Shown here piece by piece: positions 29,188-38,616 of a DNA stretch of 64,000 nucleotides. Origin of the DNA: Methanobacteriota archaeon (GTDB lineage Archaea; Thermoplasmatota; E2; DHVEG-1); the NCBI GenBank assembly GCA_963769885.1, contig CAVYNH010000007.1, positions 416,001 to 480,000 of the forward strand. Direction: 5' to 3'. Each line of letters opens with the position of its first letter. Position 1 is the stretch's first letter. A program made the translations under genes and the position numbers. The notes below the pieces were generated by a model. That model had not been told where the DNA came from. It did no database searches and worked only from the letters and a program-made list of their open reading frames with translations.

Positions 29188-30447
29188 ATGGTGCAAAAAA
29201 CAATCCAAAAAAAAGAAAAAACAACCGGCCCTGGCCTGTGCGCCCTCTGCCGCGGCACCAAATTCCTCTGCGGCAAAGACCGCTGCCCCGTCATGGTCCG
29301 CTACTTCTCCAAAACCAAGGTCAAACCATTCCTCGACACCACGCATCTCGGCGGCGCCTCGCCCCCCAGCGTCTTCGTCGGCCGCTACGGCTACCCCAAA
29401 ATCACCATCGGCCCCATGATCCCACCGACCATGGGCGACACCACCATCATCGACACCCCCGAGCTCTGGCTGCCCAAGAGCCTCGACGAAATCGTCGACT
29501 TCCGCTCCCAGCTCGTCCGCGGGAAATACTCCGTTAACGTCACCGACGTGGAAAACTCCGCGAAGGTCGTCCAATACACCCGGGAGCTCGCCTTGGCGAA
29601 GAACTCGGTCTTCGCCGAAGCCTGGTTCTCCAAGAAACCCTACGGCAGGATCGCCTTCTACGACGAGGTCCAGCCACACGGGCCCTCCGCCCCGATCTCC
29701 GCCCTCGACATCACCAATCCCAAGTACGACCAGCGGATAGAGAAAGCCTACTACGACACGGACCTCAAGGCCCGAGACGCGATCCTCTCCATCTACAAGG
29801 ATGGCACACTGGTGTCCAAGATCCAGCGGGCGTTCTCCGTTGGTGCCTTTGGAGAACGACGCCGGCGACGGTTCGTCCCAACACGTTGGAGCATTACCGC
29901 TGTGGACTCGACCCTTGGCCTTGAACTCTTGAAAAACACAAAGACGTACCCGATCATTAACGAATACCGTGTGTATTATCATAACCAGTACGACAACCGC
30001 TGGGTAATTCTGCTGACGCCGACCGAGTGGCAGTACGAGCTCATCGAAGCCTGGTACCCCAAGACCACCTGGAACCCGTATGGCAATGAAATCTCAATAA
30101 TTAGCAGCCATGAGTTCTACGAGGGCAGGACAACGTACGCTGAGATTGGGGGGTGCTACTATGCGGCCCGTCTGGCGACCAATGAAGTCCTCAGTAAAGA
30201 AAGGCGGCAAGCGGGGGCGGTCATCATGCGTGAGGCGCACCCCGGCTATATCATGCCCATCGGCGTCTGGAACGTCCGCGAGAGCGTCCGGCATGCCTAT
30301 ACGCTGCCGTACGAGAAGTTCGAGACGCTGCAGCAAGCGCTCGTCCATGCCCAAGAGTTCTTTGAAATCCCCCTCGCCCGGTGGATCCGCAGTAGTGCCG
30401 TGTTAAAAAACCAGTTGTTCCAGCGGCGGTTGGAGGATTTCATATGA
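29188..30447 (+). CDS. nreA: Nre family PCNA-interacting DNA repair protein
   Basis: N-terminal CxxCxG...LCG..RCP, SPPSVFVGRYGYPK, RRFVPTRWSITAVD, GGCYYAARL, GVWNVRE; C-terminal PIP-box-like QRRLEDFI. Confidence 0.92.
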   Translation: MVQKTIQKKEKTTGPGLCALCRGTKFLCGKDRCPVMVRYFSKTKVKPFLDTTHLGGASPPSVFVGRYGYPKITIGPMIPPTMGDTTIIDTPELWLPKSLDEIVDFRSQLVRGKYSVNVTDVENSAKVVQYTRELALAKNSVFAEAWFSKKPYGRIAFYDEVQPHGPSAPISALDITNPKYDQRIEKAYYDTDLKARDAILSIYKDGTLVSKIQRAFSVGAFGERRRRRFVPTRWSITAVDSTLGLELLKNTKTYPIINEYRVYYHNQYDNRWVILLTPTEWQYELIEAWYPKTTWNPYGNEISIISSHEFYEGRTTYAEIGGCYYAARLATNEVLSKERRQAGAVIMREAHPGYIMPIGVWNVRESVRHAYTLPYEKFETLQQALVHAQEFFEIPLARWIRSSAVLKNQLFQRRLEDFI

Positions 30448-31238
30448 CGCTGGTGACGGTGACCTGCAAATCCGCGCTCTCCGCGACTCGCCTGCCGGGG
30501 CTTGATTACTCGTTGAACCCGTACCGCGGCTGTTTGCACAACTGCGCGTACTGCTATGCCCCGTGTATCCTGCGTATCCCCCGGGGTGAGTGGGGAACGC
30601 GGATAGAGGCGAAGGAGAATATCGCAACTGTGCTTGCTAAGGAATTGATACGGAAGACGCCTGGGGTGGTCGGCCTCTCGACGGTCACGGATCCCTACCA
30701 GCCCATCGAAAATGAACTCAGGTTGACACGTCAATGTCTCGAACGGTTCCTGAATTCGGAATTCCCGGTCCATGTCCAGACGAAATCGTCGCTGGTCTCC
30801 CGTGACCGGGATCTTCTCTCGAAGCTTGGAAAGGCTCAGGTCATGATGACAATCACAACGTTGCATGACGAGGAACGCAAGATGCTGGAGCCGGGGGCAT
30901 CACCGATTCAGGATCGAATCACGACGCTGAAGACGCTTGCAGATCACGGCATCTCAACCTCCGTCTTCCTCGGTCCGCTGTACCCCACCACGACGCCGGA
31001 AGACGTGACCAGGTTGTTTGACTGTTTCCGTATCATTGACGTGCGCGAAGTCTGGGTGGATAAACTGAACAACAAACCAGGCATCGAGGAAGAAATTTCT
31101 GCCCGGCTCACAACAACCCCCGACCTTCTTCCGAGTTTTCAGAAGGCCTTGTCTTCATCTGCCTATTTTATGCCCCTACGCAGGCACATCCATGCGTGCG
31201 GGAAGACGCAAGGCATTCGGGTCATCGACGCGTTTTAA
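30444..31238 (+). CDS. Radical SAM protein, spore photoproduct lyase-like (Rv2578c family)
   Basis: YSLNPYRGCLHNCAYCYA, STVTDPYQPIE, TKSSLVSRD, LEPGASP; ATGA overlap with nreA. Confidence 0.9.
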   Translation: MTLVTVTCKSALSATRLPGLDYSLNPYRGCLHNCAYCYAPCILRIPRGEWGTRIEAKENIATVLAKELIRKTPGVVGLSTVTDPYQPIENELRLTRQCLERFLNSEFPVHVQTKSSLVSRDRDLLSKLGKAQVMMTITTLHDEERKMLEPGASPIQDRITTLKTLADHGISTSVFLGPLYPTTTPEDVTRLFDCFRIIDVREVWVDKLNNKPGIEEEISARLTTTPDLLPSFQKALSSSAYFMPLRRHIHACGKTQGIRVIDAF

Positions 31239-31315
31239 TCAAAGAAAAAGAAGGCGATTCATCGTTGTGGAAAAAGTCTTAAAAGAAGGAATTGCCTTCT
31301 AAAATCGGTTATATT

Positions 31316-31504
31316 ATGGATAAATATGAGACGGTGATGGCGACTATCAGTCCTTTCTTGGGGCTCGGGCTTGGGTTATGGTCTAGTTCTTTCTTTGAGA
31401 AGACAATGGATGTCCTGGTCGGCGTTTTGATTGTTTTTGCATGCGCTGTCTTGGGTAGTATTGTCATGTTTCTTCGGAATCGGGCGGTGGCGAGAGGGAA
31501 ATAG
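31316..31504 (+). CDS. Small two-TM membrane protein
   Basis: Two hydrophobic helices and a basic C-terminus. Confidence 0.5.
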   Translation: MDKYETVMATISPFLGLGLGLWSSSFFEKTMDVLVGVLIVFACAVLGSIVMFLRNRAVARGK

Positions 31505-31757
31505 ACGAGGACAGCACCGCGGTTGTATTGAGAGGTGGACTATAGCCCTCTTTAGGAACGGCTCCTTCCCCCGGCGTTCTTGTAACGTTGCATGTTGATA
31601 GAAGTTCGGTGATGTTTTTTCTACGACAGCCAAACAACGCACTTCGGTCTTTTCTGTATAAAAACCCTGAGAAGTTACAGAACCCAATGTTCCAAACATT
31701 TAAATGAATCCACAGGATAATAAGTGATGCACTGATTAACCGGGGGAGGAACACAAA

Positions 31758-32552
31758 ATGCGAAACAGTTTTTGGAAAAAAGAAGTAGCAATTGGGATAA
31801 TATTTTTACTGCTTGGAACAGGCGTTCTGCCTCAAATTTCTGGAGGAATTGAAAATAAAAAGGATTTACCTCAACATAATAGGCAACAATATACAATTGT
31901 AAGGGACGACTACGGTGTTCCCCATGTATTCGCGAACACGACGGAAGACCTCGCCTTTGGGGCAGGCTATGCTATCGCCGAGGATCGACTCTGGCAGGCG
32001 GACCTGTTCAGACGAGAGGCGACCGGCCGATTATCCGAATTTGGACTTGCGTCCCTCGAATATGATTACAATGTCAGGCGAATAGGATACACGAAGGCGG
32101 AGAACACCGAACTCTTCGAATCGATTGCTTCCCCATATAAAGAGATGATCATTGCGTACGCCCAAGGGATGAACCAGTACATCGCTGAAGCAGTCGCTGA
32201 TCCTCTCCATAAGATGCCCATCGAATACCTTCAGAAGGGGTTGACCCCTGAACCGTGGACCGTCGAGGATTCTCTTGCGATCGCTCAAATGATGGTCCGG
32301 CGCTGGGGGGAGGGCGGAGGAAACGAGATGATTTTCACGCTCGTGCTTTTTATGCTCATGCAGAAGAATGGCGTTATCTCGGGCTGGAAGATTTTCAATG
32401 ACGCCTGTCCTCAGGTGGACCCCGGGTCCACGACCACGCTGAATTCCAGGTACCAGTTCTCAGACACCGAGCATCTCTCGCCTTCCGCCAATTCTCCCCG
32501 TAGAAATCATTCCTTTAGCAAAAGAGATTGTTGCGATGAAGCAGATGGATAA
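31758..32552 (+). CDS. Penicillin acylase family (Ntn hydrolase S45), N-terminal/alpha part with signal peptide
   Basis: Signal peptide (KKEVAIGIIFLLLG), IVRDDYGVPHVFA, GYAIAEDRLWQAD..RR..TGRLSE. Reading frame changes somewhere between 32443 and 32535. Confidence 0.88.
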   Translation: MRNSFWKKEVAIGIIFLLLGTGVLPQISGGIENKKDLPQHNRQQYTIVRDDYGVPHVFANTTEDLAFGAGYAIAEDRLWQADLFRREATGRLSEFGLASLEYDYNVRRIGYTKAENTELFESIASPYKEMIIAYAQGMNQYIAEAVADPLHKMPIEYLQKGLTPEPWTVEDSLAIAQMMVRRWGEGGGNEMIFTLVLFMLMQKNGVISGWKIFNDACPQVDPGSTTTLNSRYQFSDTEHLSPSANSPRRNHSFSKRDCCDEADG

Positions 32553-34179
32553 GGAGATTTCAGAGGCGAATGGCCTGCTCTACCATTTCGGGAGCAATGG
32601 ATGGGTGGTGGCCCCAAACAAATCTGCCTCAGGCAACGCACTCCTGTTGGGCGGGCCTCAGATGGGACACTCGATCCCCCAAATAGTGGTCGAGATTGGA
32701 CTCCATGGCGCCGGCATCAACGCGACCGGGATGACATTCCCTGGGGTCGGTCCTGCGGTCGCCATCGGTGTGAGCGAGTGGGGCGCCTGGACCACGACGT
32801 CAGGGCTTTCCGATGGCGTTGACACCTACATCGAGATTCTGCATCCACTCAACCGCACGAAGTACCTCTTCAACCACCGCTGGTGTACCATGGAGCGCAG
32901 AATCGAAACAATCTACGATGTGAATGGCACCCCTCATGAGTTCGAGTGTCTCCGGACGGTGCATGGTCCGGTGCTTTCCATCAACTGGACGCAACGGCAC
33001 GGTGGGTTTGCAATAAGCCAGCGGATGACCTTCTGGAAGGAGGAACAGCACACCCTCGAGGGGGTCCTCAGCTTTCAGCAGTGCCACAACATCACGGAGT
33101 TCGAACAAGGAGTCAGCAAGATTGTCTCCTCTCATAACTGGTTCTGGGTAGACCGGAACGGTGACGTTGGGTACTACCATGCCGGGTGGTACCCCATCCG
33201 GCCGAGGTACGGGTTCTTCCACCGCCTGATTGACGATCGGTTTCCCCTCGTAGGAACCGGGGAGGAGGAGTGGCTCGGCATCGTCCCCTTCAGCGAACTT
33301 CCACAGGGGAGAAATCCAGATTGTGGATTCTATGCCAACTGGAACAACAAACCTCGGGCAGACTGGCCGTACGCGGAGGCCGAGGTCGGTCCGATGTGGG
33401 GTGAGGGCCACATCGTCGTACGAATTCAGGAGCTGCTTGCAGCTGACGATTCCATCACGTTTGATGATATGAAAGAGATTTGTCATAACGTCGCCTACCA
33501 CGACGCCTATGGGACCTACTTCAAACCGTTTCTGCTCGAGGCAATCGCCCACGTTGGTGGTATTCCATCTGAAGTCACAAACGCTCTCGAGAGCTGGGAC
33601 TGCTACCTCAACGACACGAATGAAGACGGATTCTACGACGACCCTGGCTACACCATCTTTTCCGCGTGGTACGACGCCATCTTCGCCGAGATTCTAGAGG
33701 ACGAACTCGACCCCTTGGTGAAAGACTACTGTCACAGTCTGCTCCTCCACATCTTCCAGGGAAAGGATTCGAAGCTGCACCTCCGCTACCACCGCTACCT
33801 CGATGGGGTCTGTCGAGACACCGCAATCGTGAACGCGCTGCATGATGCACTCACGACGTTATCGATTCAGTATGGGACAAATGTCTCTGCCTGGCTCTCC
33901 CCTGTCGATATGAAGGATTTCACTGAACTGGGAGCGCTCCCTTCGCCAGTCATGCCCTACATGAACCGAGGAACGTATAATCAGATCGCTGAGTTGCCGC
34001 GGTGGCGAAGCGGCACAGAATCCACATCCCCCCATGCCGCCAATGTTCTTCCGCCAGGCCAGAGCGGGTTCGTGGACTCATTCGGCACCCCAAGCCCTCA
34101 CGCCTACGACCAACTCAGTCTTTATACCAGCTGGCAGTTCAAACCAATGCTGTTCACTCTCAGCGATTTCCTCTCGTAG
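32536..34179 (+). CDS. Penicillin acylase family, beta part (catalytic Ser in GSNGWVV)
   Basis: GSNGWVVAPNKSASGNALLLGGPQ, RTVHGPV, NWNNKP, NRGTYNQ, PPGQSG. Confidence 0.9.
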   Translation: MKQMDKEISEANGLLYHFGSNGWVVAPNKSASGNALLLGGPQMGHSIPQIVVEIGLHGAGINATGMTFPGVGPAVAIGVSEWGAWTTTSGLSDGVDTYIEILHPLNRTKYLFNHRWCTMERRIETIYDVNGTPHEFECLRTVHGPVLSINWTQRHGGFAISQRMTFWKEEQHTLEGVLSFQQCHNITEFEQGVSKIVSSHNWFWVDRNGDVGYYHAGWYPIRPRYGFFHRLIDDRFPLVGTGEEEWLGIVPFSELPQGRNPDCGFYANWNNKPRADWPYAEAEVGPMWGEGHIVVRIQELLAADDSITFDDMKEICHNVAYHDAYGTYFKPFLLEAIAHVGGIPSEVTNALESWDCYLNDTNEDGFYDDPGYTIFSAWYDAIFAEILEDELDPLVKDYCHSLLLHIFQGKDSKLHLRYHRYLDGVCRDTAIVNALHDALTTLSIQYGTNVSAWLSPVDMKDFTELGALPSPVMPYMNRGTYNQIAELPRWRSGTESTSPHAANVLPPGQSGFVDSFGTPSPHAYDQLSLYTSWQFKPMLFTLSDFLS

Positions 34180-34440
34180 AGAGAGGAGTGGATGTCAAGG
34201 AAAAAACAACCGGCGTTCGTAGCAATCAGTGTACATCGTTTGTCCTAGTTAAGGGACAATTGTACGGTGACATCCGTCATGAAATTCACGTTTTTGCAAG
34301 TATTTAAATGGATTCACGGGGAATACACTCTCCAGGAGTTTAGGAGCGATTACTCTTCCAAAGGTCATCCCTAGCGTCTCGTAGCCTTTAAGTATAAGAA
34401 CTCTATTACAGCAAAATCCCTTAGGGATATATAATTAGTG

Positions 34441-35361
34441 ATGAGTATGGCTAAAGCACGTGCACGGACCACGACCCGCAAGACCAAGGATAAGTGGAAG
34501 GCGAAGACGTGGTACCAGATCGCCGCCCCCTCCCTCTTCAACAACGTCCTCGTCGCCGAGACCCTCGCCGAGACGCCCGACTCGCTCGTCGGCCGCATCA
34601 CCCAGGTCTCCCTGCAGGACCTCACCAACGATTTCCGGAAGTCCCACATCAAGCTCCTCTTCAAGGTCGACTCGGTCGAGCAGACCACCGCGCACACCCA
34701 GTTCAAAGGCCACGTCCTCACCTCAGACTACCTCCGACGGATGGTCCGCCGCCGCAAATCCCGCGTCGACGGCACCTTCACGGTCGAGACCCGGGACGGC
34801 GCCATCCTGCACGTCAAGCCCTTCGCCATCACCGAGAAACGCATCCAAAGCTCGCAGAAGAAACTTATCCGCGAGGTCATGAAAAACACGATCAACAAAG
34901 AAGGCAAAGCGAAGACCATGAACGCCTTCATCCGCGACTGTCTCGACGGCAAGATCGGCAGCGAGATCTACAAGCACTGCAAGATCTACTACCCCGTCAA
35001 ACGCATCGAGATCAACAAGACCGAGGTCGAACGCCTGCCCACCGTCGTCATCGAAGAAGAACCACCCAAGCCGCCGGAAGACCAAGCACCAGAAGCCGCG
35101 GCCCCCGCCCAGACGCCACAGGAGGCGGCCCCCGCCGAACCCGAACTCCCACCGGAGAGCGCCGAGTCCGAGCTGCCCCCGCAGACCCCGGAGCCCAAGC
35201 TCCCCGAGCCGGCCCCGGAATCCGAGGTCCCCCCCGGCCCCGCCGAAGAAGAACTCCCCCCGGGAGAAGAACGCGAGGAGCCGAAGAAAAAGGCGAAAAA
35301 ACCTAAAGCCAAGAAGGCGAAGAAAAAAGAAGAAGGCGCAACCGAACAGCCCGAAGCCTAA
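34441..35361 (+). CDS. rps3ae: 30S ribosomal protein S3Ae (eS1) with long Pro/Glu-rich, Lys-tailed C-terminal extension
   Basis: KDKWKAKTWY.IAAP..F, DLTNDF, DYLRRMVRRRKSRVD, KIYYPVKRIEI. Confidence 0.96.
   Translation: MSMAKARARTTTRKTKDKWKAKTWYQIAAPSLFNNVLVAETLAETPDSLVGRITQVSLQDLTNDFRKSHIKLLFKVDSVEQTTAHTQFKGHVLTSDYLRRMVRRRKSRVDGTFTVETRDGAILHVKPFAITEKRIQSSQKKLIREVMKNTINKEGKAKTMNAFIRDCLDGKIGSEIYKHCKIYYPVKRIEINKTEVERLPTVVIEEEPPKPPEDQAPEAAAPAQTPQEAAPAEPELPPESAESELPPQTPEPKLPEPAPESEVPPGPAEEELPPGEEREEPKKKAKKPKAKKAKKKEEGATEQPEA
35128..35262 (+). repeat. Five tandem 27-bp (9-aa) degenerate repeats in the rps3ae tail
   Basis: APAEPELPP / ESAESELPP / QTPEPKLPE / PAPESEVPP / GPAEEELPP. Confidence 0.75.
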
Positions 35362-35416
35362 AGCCCTCCCACTATTTTTATATATTATTTCATTTATAAG
35401 TTAGACTAGAGTACCC

Positions 35417-37156
35417 ATGAGCCGAAAGGCACGCCTCCTTCCCCTCGCCATCCTCACTCTCCTTCTCTGCCTCCCCATAGGCCAGTGCTGCAAAGACCTC
35501 GTCGCCAGAGGCGACGCCACCGCAGGCGACTACACCCTCCTCCTCAAAGTCCGCGACCCCAGCCGCCCCGGCCCCCAAGTCCTCATCAAAGTCCCCACCG
35601 GCTACCAGTATACCTACCACGCCCCTTGGACCGGCAGACCCCTCCCCTTCACTATCACCCACCGCCTCATCGCCGTCGCAAGCGCAAATGACACCCCACC
35701 CCACATCATCAAAGCCGGCATGGCCCTCACCGACGCCGGCATCGCCTACGGCGACGCCGACACCGGATCAGGTTGGACCAACCCCACCCAGAACGCCTGG
35801 GACGACTTCGACTGGCTTCGCTACGCCTACCAGACCGCCAACACCACCACCGACGCCCTCACCCTCCTCACCCACGCCACCACCGCGCTGCATGCCACCG
35901 CCGTCAGCGAAAACCTCTTCACCATCGGACCCACCGACGCCTACCTCACCGAAGCCGACGCCCTCCACACCCACACCACCCCCATCACCAGCCTCCTCGC
36001 CAAATCCAACTACCCCACCGCCCTCTGGCCCACCCAATGGCTCAACACCCGCCCCCTCGCCTGGACCTACAACGCCACCGCCACCGCCTGGCTCCACCGC
36101 GGCCAGACCCTCCGCCTCGGCAGCCTCTGCGGCATCAGACTCACCAGCATCGGACCGACCAGTATCCGAGTCAAGCCCGTCCCCGCCGCCTACTTCCGCC
36201 TCCGCAACCACATCACCAATGCCACCACCATCACCCTTCACGACAGCGCCGTCATCGCCGGCTACCACATCACCCTCGAAAACCTCACGACAAACACCGC
36301 CCAGATCCGCCTCCGCTACAAATTCGCAGACTGGGAAGACACTCTCCTCGCCATTATGAACGCCCGCTACGGCGCCATCACCACCGAGGACTTCATGAAC
36401 TGGTCCCGACTCCACACCCAAGACCTTGACGGCCTCAGACCCATGTGCGAAGACGCCTACCCCGACGAAGGCAGCATGATCTTCCAGATTCCCACCCACA
36501 ACGCCTCCTTCCTCAGCAGCGGCTGGTTCGCCGCCAACCACGCCTGCACCAGCATCTACGTCCCCATCCACGTCTGCGACACCGACATCGACCCCCTCTA
36601 TACCACCCCCGAGGCCGCCAACCTCTCATACTCCCTGCTTACCACCTATGGCCACGGGACATTGAGCACCATCTTTCATCAGACTGAACACGTCTTCCTC
36701 CAAGAAAACAGCAGACTCGAAGCCCTCGCTACAACCCTCCCGACCGCTAACGCTACCAGAATCCTTACCGTCGCAGACACCGGCGCCCAACACCAAGCCT
36801 TCCAAACCGAATACCTTTGGAGCATCCTCGCATCCTACATCCACAACCCAGCCTACGCCCTCCTCCGCCAGGACATCGAACGCCTCTGGAACTCCACCTA
36901 CCTCGAAACTCTCACCCGTATGAATAATACCGTCAACCACATCATAGACTACTACCCCCTCACCCTACAAATTGGGTTCCTCGCCATCAACATCGTCAAC
37001 ACCACGCTTTGCACCACTAGCTGCCAAGGAATCACCATCCCTCAATACCTGGTCGATCTCTACCAACAAGGAGTCTACGAAATCTATCATCACGAAATCC
37101 CCACCGGCGTCGCCCTTCTCCTCCAAGTCTACACACAGCTGCAGGAACTCCCCTGA
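35417..37156 (+). CDS. Secreted protein, probable Cys-nucleophile Ntn hydrolase (C69/C45-like)
   Basis: Signal peptide followed directly by CKDLVARGDATAGDYTLLLKVRD, which resembles the C69/C45 N-terminal C.....G..T.DG..L..K.RD pattern. Confidence 0.6.
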   Translation: MSRKARLLPLAILTLLLCLPIGQCCKDLVARGDATAGDYTLLLKVRDPSRPGPQVLIKVPTGYQYTYHAPWTGRPLPFTITHRLIAVASANDTPPHIIKAGMALTDAGIAYGDADTGSGWTNPTQNAWDDFDWLRYAYQTANTTTDALTLLTHATTALHATAVSENLFTIGPTDAYLTEADALHTHTTPITSLLAKSNYPTALWPTQWLNTRPLAWTYNATATAWLHRGQTLRLGSLCGIRLTSIGPTSIRVKPVPAAYFRLRNHITNATTITLHDSAVIAGYHITLENLTTNTAQIRLRYKFADWEDTLLAIMNARYGAITTEDFMNWSRLHTQDLDGLRPMCEDAYPDEGSMIFQIPTHNASFLSSGWFAANHACTSIYVPIHVCDTDIDPLYTTPEAANLSYSLLTTYGHGTLSTIFHQTEHVFLQENSRLEALATTLPTANATRILTVADTGAQHQAFQTEYLWSILASYIHNPAYALLRQDIERLWNSTYLETLTRMNNTVNHIIDYYPLTLQIGFLAINIVNTTLCTTSCQGITIPQYLVDLYQQGVYEIYHHEIPTGVALLLQVYTQLQELP

Positions 37157-37233
37157 ATTTTCTATTGGCCTCGCACCTCGCACAATGTTTTTAAAAACCC
37201 ACCCTATAACTCCACGATGGGGGTGCTCAGTTC

Positions 37234-38616
37234 ATGAACGAGCAGAAAATCGCCATCATCGGCTGCGGAGCAGGAGGAGGCACCGCCGCCCAGTTCGCCA
37301 GGAAAACCGACCGAAAAGCCACCATCACCATCTACGAACAATCACCGTACGCCCAATACTCCCGCTGCGGGCTCCCCTACGTCATCGCCGGGAAGATCCC
37401 CAGCGTCAACCACCTTCTCGAATACTCCCAAGACTGGTTCGCCAAAGAACACATCACCGTCCACCTCCAGACCACCGTCGAATCCATCGATATCTCCACA
37501 AAGACCCTCGTCGCCGTCCAGAACGGAACACCAACGCCGCATTCATTCGACAGGCTCATCATCGCCACCGGGTCACGGCCCCAGATCCCGCCAATCCACG
37601 GCATCCCCAAGGAAGGCCCGCTCCCCCCACACGTCTACTGTCTCCGATCCATCGATGACGCGGTGAAAATCCAGGATGAGATGCGCCATGCGAAACGCGT
37701 CTGTATCGTCGGCGCTGGCTTCATCGGCCTTGAGCTCGCCGAGGCCTTCACCGAACGAGGACTCTCAGTCACCGTGGTCGAGGCACTCCCTCACATCCTC
37801 GCCAACAGCCTGGACACCGATCTCTGCGACGAAGTTGCCGCTTCCTTCCCCAGTGAGGTCACAATTCGACCAAACCATTTTGTAGTGAAGATTTCGCCGG
37901 CAGGGAAAGCAATCACAGTCCAGATGAAGGATCGGGCGACTAACAAGGAATCCAGCTTCGAGACCGACTTCGTTGTGCTCGCCACAGGGACTCGCCCCGA
38001 GGTTCATCTTGCAAAGAATCTTGGTTGTACTATCGGTGTTACCGGAGGAATCCTCGTTGATAGCCATGCACGGACTTCTCTGCCTGACGTATACGCGGTT
38101 GGGGACTGCACCGAGTACAAGGATTTTGTCACGGGACAACCAGTCTGTGCCGGCTTGGGGACCATCGCGGTCCGGCAAGGTATCACGTCGGGGATCAACG
38201 CGGCTGGTGGCAACTATGAGATGCCAAAGGGCGTGCTCCTGTCTCGGACGTCAACATTTTTTGGCATCCAAATCGCCGCAGTGGGCCCGCTATTGACCCC
38301 TGAGTATCCTCGGCCGCTGGTCCATGGGAAAATCGCTGGGTCTTCGCTGCCGACATATTTCCCTGGCGGGAAGCCCATCACCGTAAAGGTCTTTGCTGAG
38401 GAGGAGTCCGGGCGGATCGTCGCTGCTCAAGCGATTGGGAGCAATGCCTCACAACGGATGAACGTCTTTGCGGCCGCAATCCTGCGGGGGACCACGGTAG
38501 AGGAGTTGCAGAAGCTGGAGACGACCTATGCGCCGCCGCTTGCGCCGACGCTAGATGTAATCACCCTTGCCTGCGATGTGGCGCAGTTGAAGCGCCAGCG
38601 GAAGAAACGGGTATGA
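37234..38616 (+). CDS. FAD-dependent pyridine nucleotide-disulfide oxidoreductase (CoA-disulfide reductase / NADH oxidase family)
   Basis: IIGCGAGG, YSRCGLPY single active Cys, ATGS, GAGFIGLE, TSLPDVYAVGDC, YAPPL. Confidence 0.92.
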   Translation: MNEQKIAIIGCGAGGGTAAQFARKTDRKATITIYEQSPYAQYSRCGLPYVIAGKIPSVNHLLEYSQDWFAKEHITVHLQTTVESIDISTKTLVAVQNGTPTPHSFDRLIIATGSRPQIPPIHGIPKEGPLPPHVYCLRSIDDAVKIQDEMRHAKRVCIVGAGFIGLELAEAFTERGLSVTVVEALPHILANSLDTDLCDEVAASFPSEVTIRPNHFVVKISPAGKAITVQMKDRATNKESSFETDFVVLATGTRPEVHLAKNLGCTIGVTGGILVDSHARTSLPDVYAVGDCTEYKDFVTGQPVCAGLGTIAVRQGITSGINAAGGNYEMPKGVLLSRTSTFFGIQIAAVGPLLTPEYPRPLVHGKIAGSSLPTYFPGGKPITVKVFAEEESGRIVAAQAIGSNASQRMNVFAAAILRGTTVEELQKLETTYAPPLAPTLDVITLACDVAQLKRQRKKRV

